From assembly GCA_905178155.1 (NCBI GenBank), contig CAJINV010000014.1, positions 2,015,888-2,079,887 of the forward strand: 64,000 nt of DNA, given 5' to 3'. Below the pieces are notes generated by a model. It was not told the DNA's origin. It ran no database searches and worked only from the letters and a program-made list of their open reading frames with translations. Positions 21,079 to 32,900 of this stretch are shown in pieces. This DNA is from Amoebophrya sp. A120 (lineage: Eukaryota; Protista; Dinoflagellata). The translations under genes and the position numbers were made by a program. Numbering within the stretch: position 1 is the first letter of the stretch; each line of letters begins with the position of its first letter.

Positions 21079-23209
21079 TCATGCCGCCGTGGTCGTGCAC
21101 ACTTCCATTTTTTCCAGCTCCTGCTTTTTCTCCGTCTTCGGGCCGAGTTTGAGTTTCAGTTTCTTCTTCTCCGCGCCCTTGGCCTTCAGCGTGGCGTTGC
21201 GGGCGAGTTCCTTGCCGAACACAGACACGATCTCCGCATGCTTCTTCAGTTCCTTCTCCGCCTGCGTTTCGCGCTTCTTCACCAGGTTCGCCAGCCGCTT
21301 CTTGTGGAATCGCACCTTGCGCACCTGCCGTATCTGCTGGATCCGCTTCATGGCCTGAATCGTCTTAATCCACAGGTTGCGGTCGTACCGCACCGGTTCG
21401 TTGCGCCGTTTCTCGAATTCGAAGGTCTTGTCCAGCACCATCTCCTTACCGCGGTACCTACAATTTTATTTTATTCGGGGGTGAGTTTTTCGAGCCGATT
21501 GGCTTGTTGATCAATAGAAGCTTGAGATGAAATTAGAGACATACGTCGCGGACTTCGTGTCAATAGTACTGCAAGTATCAGCCAAACAGATTCCTTTATT
21601 TATTGTCACGAGATCAACATGCAAAGAGGACTCTTTTTCTTTCAGTCTCCATCTTTAGTACTACTATGCATTTACCGTCTGCGAAAGATAAGCAGATCTC
21701 GTTATGGATGCAGTTGCAGATCATGAATATGAATAAATGAAAATAAATCACGCTTGATTATTATGACGGCAGTAACGTGCCCAACAGGCAAGTTACCCAA
21801 AGGGTTACGGTTTTTTTTTTTCGGTGTAAATAAGGTAGTGGTATATTGACTAGCTAGTAAAAGTGATTTGTTTTTAGCTAGGTTAATAGCTTATCTTTAT
21901 AAGGCGTTTTTTACAGCTTCCGGGACGCTACATCGCCGATATCCAGCTCCACGGATTCGCCGCAGAACCCTAGCAAAAAACCGAGGAAGAGCCCCATGGC
22001 GTAGCGTCTGTCTACTGCCCGCGCTTTCCATTGTGCGTGGCCTGTGGAAGGTTTGGCGCAGCTAGCCGCATCCAGGGGATGGCTGACGGCAAGCCGGCAC
22101 GGTAGACACGCAAAGCCGCGCGCCCTGCTTATGAGAAAAGGCTGAGCAGCGTGCCATCTGCTGCCAGGGGGGGTTCGCCAAAAAGCACCCGCAAGCCAAG
22201 TGCAACATGGTCCGCAGGCCGCGGCCTGCAGGGCCGCAGGCGAGAGGCGGGGGCGCGAGGGGGGGTCCGCGGGAGGGGGTCCACACAGGGCCTCCCGTAG
22301 GGCATATTTTTACCCCTAGCCCCGACGCTGTGGTCGTTTTGTCCCTTGCCAAAAAGGGGGCATCTCGGAGGGGCATCGCGGACGGGGATCCCGGACTCTC
22401 GTGTTGTCCTGTGTGAGGTCAATCTGCCCAGGTAGGAACACAACGAAGCCGGGGCGCTTTGGATAGCCTCACAAAATGGCTCCCAAGCTCGGCGGAAAGC
22501 GGCAGCAAGGCACAAACAAAACACAGAAAAGGGCGGCAAGGTGCGACACGGCCGTCGCAATTATGTCGCCCCGCTGCCTCGCCACGGGAAGCTGGCCGCC
22601 GATCCTCTGCCCCCTGCGAAGCTTCGTGCCCTATCTGCGCCACGCCTTCGTGTGCAGTATCCCGCCGCCCCGGCGTGGAGACACCCGAGGCGAATCCGTG
22701 GAGCTGAATATCGGCGGAGTAGCGTCCTGAAACCCTTAAAAAACGCCTTTTCTAGCTACTTAAATTATATAACTAGTTCAACTGCCTATCTTATAGAAAT
22801 ATCTATATCATATATCTAAGACACACCGAAATTTTTTTTTTGATCCCCCATGGGTAAGTTGGGCGTTGGGCACGTTGCTGCCGTCATAATTATGCGCTGG
22901 CCGAGGACGTCGAGGTGATCTTGAACGCACTTGTCTTCTTGTGACCTCCACACCGCAAGGAGTTTCAATTTCTCACCGACAGAAAATGAACAGGCAATGA
23001 ATAAAATGTATAAAAAAAATCGTTCAAATTTTTATGTACTTTCTGCTGGCCTTGGTCCACTTGAGTTTCTTCGGGTTGTGGCGCATTTTGAAGTGCGCGT
23101 GGCACTTCCCGCTGCAGAAGCGGAACGTCTTGCAATCATTCCGCACAAACATCGTCCCGTGCCCGGGATAGACGTTACAACTGCAGTACCAGCACTTTTC
23201 GATCCTCAT
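21079..23209 (-). CDS. RLP24: Ribosome biogenesis protein RLP24 / RSL24D1 (L24e family); exons 23040-23209 and 21079-21457
   Basis: [50 protein letters not shown] plus [26 protein letters not shown]; joined by a canonical GT-AG intron (21458-23039). Confidence 0.95.
21762..22888. mobile_element. 1.13-kb non-autonomous TIR element inside the canonical RLP24 intron
   Basis: TATGACGGCAGTAACGTGCCCAAC / GTTGGGCACGTTGCTGCCGTCATA; perfect TSD ATTAT; second inverted pair 21901-21961 vs 22689-22749; GC-rich core. Confidence 0.92.
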
Positions 23210-26200
23210 TTTGCTGCTGCTGGTCGGAAGGCGTGGTCAAACAAAAAAAAGAGAAGCCTTGAGATACTCCTCGCGAAACTTTTCTGCAGAACGTGATCTA
23301 GTTGCAAGAAACACTAGTAAAAATAGTAGAGCCAATGATGTTGAAGATCCCAGTTGGAATGATACTGATAGTATACAGTGAATAGATTGAAGTCGTCCTT
23401 GTCGTGTTGCATGATACTGTGGAAGTTTTAACAACCTCCCTCTCAAAACTTCGTCCTGACTTTTTTCCTAGCGAGAGGCTGCATGGAACAATACCACCTA
23501 TCTGTCTCCTCGTACAACAAGCCTGGAGTTTATTGGTAATATTTGAAAGAAATTCTTGAGAAAAATATCACTGAGATTCATCAAACTAAAGTAACAAATT
23601 ATTGAGCTGGAAGAGAACCACAGTTTGGTTCTTCGCACAAGATCATAATTTTCTTGCATGATGCGCTGGGCTGCATATTTCTACTACAGGATCGGTGTGG
23701 TCTACTTTGGACTCATTATACAACCATTTCAGCTTCTGATCCTACCGCTTTAAGTGGGCTAGATTTCTTTCTCGATGGAGCGATTTGGAAATGTCTTTCA
23801 TGCCACGATAGCTGCTCTGTTGAACTTGATTTTGCCTCGTAGTCTAGTACTTCCACTACATTCTGGGTGGATCATAATCATGAGCACAGAGTGGCGGGGG
23901 CCGGGTCAGTCTTTTTCATTTTTTCGGAACGGGTACTTATGCGGATCGACAGAATCATGCAGAAGAAGGCTTAAGAAACCGCTCTTGCCGATGGATGAAA
24001 ACAAGGCGACATGAATATACAACGGCCGATCTACCACCTATTTCTTGATCACTTCCGTTCCCGTTGTCCTCCAACTCGTAGCGATAGCGTGACCGGATTG
24101 GAGATCGAGCAAAATTTCAGATCCTTGTGGTCCACACTGGTTTGCGCTTGCCTCTTCCGTCAGACAAGATGACACGTGTTGTGTAAAAAGTAAAAAGTAA
24201 TAGAGAGACCACAGGTCCTTACCGTTACGCTTATGAATTTCTATTTGGGTAGCCCTATCATCTAAAATGCTGCGCATGGTCTTCTCAGGCAGCACCACCG
24301 AGGATGAATAAACACCACTCGCTGCAAACACCTTTGTGCTTTCAGAACTCCAGCAATTTCTTCACAACAACGTCTTCACCCCGTAAAGATTGTTTTTTGG
24401 ATTTGGTTTTTCAAAATGGGTTGTGGTCGATCTCAACATTCTTCGTTTCTATGAAAACGCAACCACTAAAAGTGTTTCTTTCTTTATTATGTCTGACTGA
24501 ACGATATCAACGCAATATCTCACTTTCTGTTACTTTGGCTAACTATAGCTGTACATAAACAGAACTACCAATCGATAAAATACAACTTAGATTCCCGCTA
24601 CTAATACTTAAATTACACTTCATTTTTTTTATTTTTTTTCACCAATAGGAATAAAGCAGCTAGTTCTTCTGGTACAATAGACACGCCTTTCATAATAACA
24701 ATAAGTAAGCTGCACCTGCAGAAACTATAACGGTCGTCCAAAATTAGGCTGGTGTGGTCATAAAGGCTGTAAACAACTCAGGCAAACATCATCAAGAGAG
24801 GGGGCTTTTTCCACTTTTTTCCCGAACTCCTCGATCTTGTTTTGAGATAAAATTTACGAAAAAAATCATGATAGGCTGCCAGTCCAGATTCTCATTCTCA
24901 ACCAGTCGCAACTCCATGTTCGTACAGCAGCGAATAAAGCTGCTTCAGTTTCAACAGTTTCTCATCGATTCTTGCACGAGTAAACGCTGGCGGGTGGTGC
25001 TGTCATTGTTTCCTACTCCGTGCAGCCGGAATTTCAGTTCTCGTTGAAATGCTGTAGTTTCTGCAGAGGGTAGAGCAAACTTGCTGTAGGTGGTCCACTT
25101 ATTGCTGCTTTCGAAAAAATAAACTAGAACGTCATAAAGCACGAGAGCCATTTGGTTCGCTCGCCAAAGAATTTCATAGGTTTTTGATATTTCGCAGAAG
25201 GTGGGTTTGCTTGAAGTTTTTTCGCAGTGCGTTTTGTTTTCCAGAACAAACACCGCGAATGAGCTCCTGCTCCAGTCATACTCATAATACACATAGCAGA
25301 AGGCTTTGCAATAAAATTTTTGTTAGACTTTTATTCCTAATAATACCTTCTTTTTCGCAACGGCAACAAGGACATATAATTCGAATAGTAGTGATCTTGC
25401 TCTCTACCTACAATCAAAGTTGCGTCAGTGCAGTCGGCCCGAAGCGATGCCTTCTCTGTTTTTGCAACAGAAATAAATGCACCGCGTCCGACGGACTCTT
25501 TCAACTTTTCGCAAACATAATTTTACTGAATGTCCTCTCTTGATTTGATACTCTTCAGAATCAGAAAATAGCAAAAAAAGCAGGCTTGTCAAGGGATATT
25601 AAAGTTATGTCTAGCGCTCAAACAACATATTTTCCGAATAGAAGCTACCGGCTGCACGAAATGGCGTATGTAATACCTAGCTACGTCTTTCTACTGCCAT
25701 GACGGAAGAGGTCGCTTTAGGTGCTTGAGTAACGTTTCAAGTCCAGTAGGACCAAGTGCAAAAGTACAACCGGGTTGAATCAGGAAATAGCGATACTTAA
25801 GTTCAGGCTGCTGCAACTGGAAGACCTTTCCTTTTTGTTTAGAGCAATTAATTTTTATTTTCAAGACCACTTACTCTACTGTCACTGAGATAGCAAAAAT
25901 GAAAACGATAGGCTCATTTATTACTCCAACTAAAAAATAGAGCAACAACGCAGGCGGTTTCGGAATAGCAATACAGAGACAAGAACATCATTGTAAGGTA
26001 GTGCCGCAAAATTAGTTTTCTCCCGTCGAAAGCGAGATAGTAGCTGTAGAAGTAGTATGGTAAAAAAGTACTATTACTTAGAGCAGAACATGGAGACAAA
26101 ATTGTCATCATCAGTGCGGAGCAGGTAATGCGGGAGCCTTTTCGCCCTAACGCAAACGAAAATTTAAATACAAATACAACGTACAAACCAAATAAGCTTC

Positions 26201-26313
26201 TGTACATCTTGTTCAAAAAAAATTGGTAAACTTTTCCGACAACAGGCACGACTTATCAAGCTGTGCGACTCGTCCGATCTTTTCCAGACCTTCCAAATCG
26301 CTTCGTCTTTGAC

Positions 26314-26572
26314 TATGAGAGTACACACCTCCCCCACCTCCGCGCCTCTTCTGCCATGCAAGATACCAAATCCACATCTTCTTCTTTGTCTTGCCTGTAA
26401 AGAGACTGTCTGGTGCATGATAAATTTTGGAACTTCAAACAGTGCTAGTGCAATTTGTGTGCTGCACATTTGTCATGATGTGGAGACACGACATTTCTGC
26501 CGCTGCTTGTGTTGCTGCTGATGCCTGCTTCCAAATGGGGGGGACGGATGGGGGATATTGTGCAATCTCGTA
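26314..26572. mobile_element. Family I element (host context unclear)
   Basis: TATGAGAGTACAC.../...GTGCAATCTCGTA; TSD TTGAC/CGGAC. Confidence 0.7.
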
Positions 26573-26915
26573 CGGACTTGAAAGCCAACAATAGGTGGTG
26601 GGCGTCGTGGTGCCAGGTGCTAGTGCTACTTCTATGGATATTACAAATGTTGAAAGGAATCAGCATACAGCTACGCAACAAGTTTGAGCAGCGACTGTAT
26701 CAATATTCTACTTTGGAGATCATGAGGATGTCGCCTTTAGAGTCTTCGCTAGTCTCCATACCTACGAGGCAGGTCGCAGAAGTCGCTTTTTTTTTCTTAA
26801 CAATCAGCTTTATTCTTCTCTTCTTTTTTTATATCGGTCCCAAGTATGATTTATATATGATAGATCAGGCAACATAGAATTTGTAGAACAAAAGCAAATC
26901 ATCTTCACCATCCCG

Positions 26916-29900
26916 CTAAACGGAAATGAGCGGTAGACCATTCTGTTGATCCTGCTGCTGCTGCTGTTGGTGTTGCCCTTTCGAGGAAACTGTTGCAGAG
27001 GACGAGGCTTGTAATTCCGCTGGGAGCTGTTGCTGTACTACGCTGTTGGTCATTCCAACAGGCTGCTGGTTGATCTGCATATGTTTGTTGTTCAGGAGCA
27101 TGTTGTAGTCCGACGTCATAGAGGAAGTTCTTGGTTGCCCTCGTCCCGCCCCTGTAACTGCCGTGCTACTGTTCTTGTGCATGTCGGTCATAATCTGCTG
27201 TTGAAAGTCGAGACTGAACAAGGAGGCGGTAGAAGCTGAAGCAGTAGAGCCACTCGTCCCTCCTGCAACAGCTGTACCGGCCGCCCCCAACAATGAAGAT
27301 CCAGAGGAGAGCCCCTGACGCGCCAGGTCCGTTCGTGTGAGGCTGCTGTTGTTGACCACATTCGTGTTCGATAGTAAAGACGCGGTAGAGTGTATCACAG
27401 AAAAAAAGTGCCGTGTAAGTACACAAGAACTGACTCTGTAGCAGGAGCAGCATCTGCATCTTCACAAATTCATTCTGCATGACAGAAGAAACCTGTCATG
27501 CGCGCGACCTGGTAAGTGAATGTGATAAGAGCACACATGTTGAAACTAGGCTATGAGGGCGCACTTGCAGTCTTATGCCGAGTGTGAGTACTTACAACTA
27601 CCCTGATGCACTGTCCGCATCACAGAGAACTCACACTTACACAGTTTTCTTGCATAGAGTTGGCGGAAAAAAGAAATTTGGTGAAGTCTCCGACATTGTT
27701 CTGGTAATCGTGTTCCTGGTCGTGCAGGTTGATGTTACTGATGTTCTCCGCGCCCCCAAGCAGAGTTGCGTTTGCGGTCGCCGTCGCTGTATTTTTATAT
27801 ATCATGGTGTACTAAAAACGACGCATCTGGATGTGCTGATTTAGTTGAGTCGTGCAGTTTTAAAGAAGAACTATTTCCACGCACTAAAGGAACTGGTGGT
27901 CAGAATCTGAGAACGAGAAGTCTGCTGCTGACCACAGAATTGCTGAGTAGATGTGGTAGAAATTTGCTGCTGGTCGTGGCCCTGCTGCAGCACGTGCTGC
28001 TGTTGCGCAATATTGTCGTAAATCGATTGCAAAGTCGTAGAAAGCATACCATTCAGATTCGGTCTGGCTGTGAAAACAAGCTGCTGGTGACTTTGGTCTT
28101 GATTTTGGGTCGTGAGCATCATGGAGGACGAGTTGGACTGCTCGTCGACGAATTGAGATTGTGGCTGGTACTCCTGTCGTGATGACAGTTGTGACAGCAG
28201 CATCCCGGCGGCCCCGTTTGGAATCGTCCCTGTACACGAAGAGCTATTCGCATTCGCATTCGCGCCAATATTATTCGTAGCACAGGAAGTGGTAGCTGCT
28301 CCACCCGTAGAAGTTGTAGCACCGAAGAGATTAGAAGGAATGACACAGGCTTGCTGGTGGACCAAGGAACTACCGCACACAGTGTTGCTGTTTTGAAGAT
28401 CTTGTAGCAACGAGGACCCGTTCGTGAAAAGATTTTGCTGGTTGAAGTTGTCAGTAGTTGGTACTGGGAATTGGTGATTTAGAACAGGATCACTTTCCGT
28501 CGACTGCTGTACATGTTGGTCCGTTTGATTAGGCGGACGAAAAAATGAATGCAACTGTTGCTCGCGTTGGTTCTCGTCGGAAGTCGTCTCATTCACCTCC
28601 TCCGAGGCTGCTGACGCTAAAGCTCGTCCATTAACGTCATCAAATTTATTTTCATATTGATCTTCGATCATTCCCCCGCCAGGGAAATGATCCCGATGTT
28701 GATCCCGTTGATATAATTGATGCGCCACCGCGTCGTGCTGCGCCTGGTGCTCGGCTTCGACCATGCGATTGTAGTGGTCGTGCTGGCGATCATTTTGTTC
28801 GTACGATCTCCCGTAGTAGCAGGCTTCAACATCATTGCTGCTCGTCCCCACCTGCTCGTCATAGTTGTAATAACTGGAATAAGTTGTAGCTCCATGTTGA
28901 TCATGCTGGTTATGGTCGTCGTGGTAAAAAGTGTTGTAGGTGGCCTGGTAGTTGTTGTACTTCTGCTCAGAATGAACCCAGTTGCTCTGGTATTACAATG
29001 AAAAATGCCCCCGCCCCAGCAATTGGCAGCATTTGTATTGCAAACCTTTCCAATGAAAACATTCCCGCCTTGCGTGTATATGTATAAGCGTCGCAAATTC
29101 TCCATACTGAATAGCTCAAATCTCTCTTGCAAAGGAGCCCAACAGCAGGCGGGTCTGTTATGCAAAAGATAGCTTGCGCAATTAGATTCTGCGTCAGAAA
29201 GGGTCGTAGTTCTTTCACGCAAGACAAAAAGCTCTGATTTGGAAACTTTGCATGAGAAACTTTTTCAAATTCCTGGGTGGGGGCATTTTTAATTGTAATA
29301 TCTGCGCTGCCATGTAACTCAACTGCTCTGCCGCTTCTTCGTAACCAGGTGTAGTTTCCAAGTTGTAGCTATGAGAGTGCACCACAACTCCCGCCCCTCC
29401 CCCGCATTTGTACTATGGCATGAACGGCAACACAAGCAACAGCAGAAAAGGGGCTTTCGCATGACAAACACAAATCTGCATGCGGATTGTAGTATTATTT
29501 GAGGTTCCAAAATTCGTCATGCTAGCAGTGCTTCCGAGCAAGGTGTGACTTCGTTACTTTGCACGACACCAAATGAGGGGGAGGGGGACGAGTTGTGCAC
29601 TCTCATAGTAGCGCATGCGCAGGTACTCTTTTTCGATTCCGACGTCGGTCAACTGGATTAGTATCAACATGAAATAAACAAGTGCCCCACGACGAGACCC
29701 ACAGGCCGCAAGTAGTTCAAAGTATTTGTTTCTATTTGGAGTCCTGCATTATAAACTCTGATCTACGTGAAAATAAATCATAGATAGCTATAGCAGCCTG
29801 CTATCTACTATGATTTTCCATTACAATCATTTTCCCATTCTGCGACGATCAAGGCACTTTATTTATTCTCTGTTGTTAATCGGGTTATTTTCTTCTTCCT

Positions 29901-32900
29901 TCGACGGGCGAAAGGACAGCGGGCAGGCGTCTTCGAACTTGTACTTGTACCGATTTTTGTACAGGTGAGACAGGATTTCCCCATGAGACTGCAGTCGGCT
30001 GGCCTCTACCTTTAGGTACTTGTGGATGTTATGCACTACGAGTTTCTAATTTATTTACCGTAGTACAATAGTACAAAATTTTCATGCATGAAGATGATTC
30101 TGCGTAGAACGGAATGGGAACCCAGCGGACAATGGTAAAACTATTGTGGTCATGCTGTTGAGTCAGGCAGATGCTGTTCATACAGGAGGAACAGAACTGT
30201 GTAAAAATTGTAAATCAAGTCGTCGAGTCGCATTCAATGCTATATGCGACCGTGATGTAATATTCTAAATTCTAGTACTAGACCGCGCACGTGCATGCTG
30301 TCAGGACGGTATTAAATTAGAACTTGTACAAGATTTGATAGGTGTAGTGCCGTTCGAATTGCCCGTTGTGCAGCGCTTCCGCGACTTTGTGGGCGGCCTT
30401 GGTGCCCCAAAAGCAGACGTGAGCGTAGCCCAGCGACTGAGACGTCAAAACGTCCACCGGCACGTAGAAGTAGGCAAGTTGCCACCGCTCGACGCCGCAC
30501 ACCTCAAGCATGTCCTCCAGGAACTCGTCACGGTAATACCTGTGGGTTGCATTCGTAGCACCAGTCCCAGTCGAGATGCCTCGCGCATCCATGTTGCTGA
30601 CAAACACAACTAATATTCTAGCAGGCTACTAGCTACTCAGTACAACTTGGTTCTCTCGTCCTCCTGATGCAGCGGTATGCGATTGCAACGAGACTACATT
30701 CTGATCAACAGTCTGTGCGCTTTTTGTTTTTCATCGTAGTTCATCAAAATAAAAGCTTCTGCTTTATACTGGTTCGAAATGTTGCGGATGATGATGGAAA
30801 ACACCGAGTCCGGCACGTCAAATTCCTTCGGCAACGGCGGCAAATTCCTATGCCCTAAAAATTAACCATCGGCGTCCAATTTGTCATGCAAAACATGTAA
30901 GTAAGTTCAGTGCTTGTCATGCAGAAAATGGACGGGGAAGGTTAATTTTCAGGAAATAATTCCGGTTATTTGCGTAGACGAACAGCTTCCAGTCGCGCGC
31001 TTCGGGGTCCTCCCGGTCACGCCGCACGACGACCCGCTCCGATATCAAGCAAAAAAATGTAAATGTTAACGTTAACGGTTTTCTTCATTGGTTGGAAATA
31101 TGCATGAGAAATTTTGCCCTATGCATGACAAATTTGGGCGCGTTTTCTGATGCATTACTGCAGCACAAATTGCGCTAACGCTAACACTTTTTCCTTCGAT
31201 ATCCGATAAATCTCGATCACGGTGCTCACGCGTGCTAAAAGTCCGCTTGCCACTGCTCTTTCCGCCCTTGAAGTAAAGATATGACTGGGGTAAAAGGATG
31301 CTAGCATACCACTAGATTATCATTAGCGCCACGAATATATTAATTTGCGGATATTTTTTTCTGATGTTGTCTGTGCAACCACCACGCAACTGCGGTTGTA
31401 GAACTATGGATCATACCTGTCTGGCACGATGTTGCCTCAAACATCTCAAAGGCTTGGCTTCTGCTATCTAATTTGGGCAGCTCACGTAGGACTAGGACCA
31501 TCATGGAAAGCTACGTAAGTATAGGGTATGCTAGTAGGTAGAAAGTTGTGTGGGATACGATCATGCCACCTTTTCCTTTGGACTTGGAGGAGACGGGGTC
31601 AACGTTGAAAGACGAAGACAAACCTGACATCATGCATCATGATAACAATAAAATACAGAAGATTACAAACATCATTAAATTCTTTTCATCATTCATAATC
31701 TCAAGCATATTTTCCTTCTGTGTGCAGCATTGCTGAAGTAGACGAAAAGGCGAAAACGGAAAGACAACTACTAAACATCTGGTCCTCGTCGTCGTCGCGG
31801 CTAGCCGAGCGACGAGTATAATTCAAAAAATGACTTCTAGAAGTAAAAACTACTAAAATCTTGACCGGCAGTTGATGTGACATCACGGTCCGTGGTACTA
31901 GCACCTCCTCCCGCCCGTCGGTCCCAATATTGCTCCGATGTGCGCTTGTTCTTCCAGGAAGTAGATGATCCGCGGCCGGCGCTTCGCGGCTTCTCGCCGC
32001 GCCAATTGTACGAGTTGTACTTCGACATGTTTTTGCGGCCGGAAACGTGGTACTGGTGGTGTTCACCCCCATCTTGTTCGCCGTAGCTGGCCTCTGCAAT
32101 GGCAGAAGAATGTTGGGGATAAAACTGGTCGGCGGCGGCGTAATAATCTTCGTGCTGGTCAACATGACCTTCACCCACGTTTTTCTGATCCGAGTTCTTG
32201 TTGTTTTTACCCCCGCAGTATTGTAATTGTTCCTCGCGCTCACGAATCTCGGCCGCGTGGTCGTACGCAGACACAGTCATTTGGTGCAGCTGGGAAACGT
32301 CCTGAGCATCTTCATCCTGGAGGTTTTGCAATTCAGGTCCAGGTCGTGCCACCTGTTGTTCAGCATTGCCTTTAATGTTTTTTTGCGCGGCGTGCTTATT
32401 GTAGTACTGGCACTGGTCACCTTGCTCTGACGCGGCCACCTCCCCTTGGAGGCCTTCCTGCGTTGTTGTACAAGGAGTCGCGCAAGTGCTAGTACGGCGA
32501 GGACCCTGGTGCGGGACCAGGTGGTCATCCTTACTGTTCTTGCAGGCTGTTGGCACTTTTTGAAGAAGCGATGTTGAATCAAACCTCGCTGGTATCACAA
32601 GAAAAAGTGTTAACGTTAACGGTTTTCACAGATCGCAGTCATGCATCACAAATGTAGCCCAATATGCATGCTACGCATGACAAATTCTTACACGTTTTGT
32701 GATGCATTGCTGCATCACGAATTCCGTTAACTTTAACACTTTTTCCTGTGATAGCTGGCGGAGGTTTCGACGGTGCAGCTTCTTCATCCGTGCAGAAGTT
32801 CTTCGACGCAAGATGATGAACAACAGAGCTTTCTTGATGTTTTTCGTCCACCTGATCATGGAAGTTAGTCCGCTGAGTTTTTGTGCATCTCACCTTCTTG

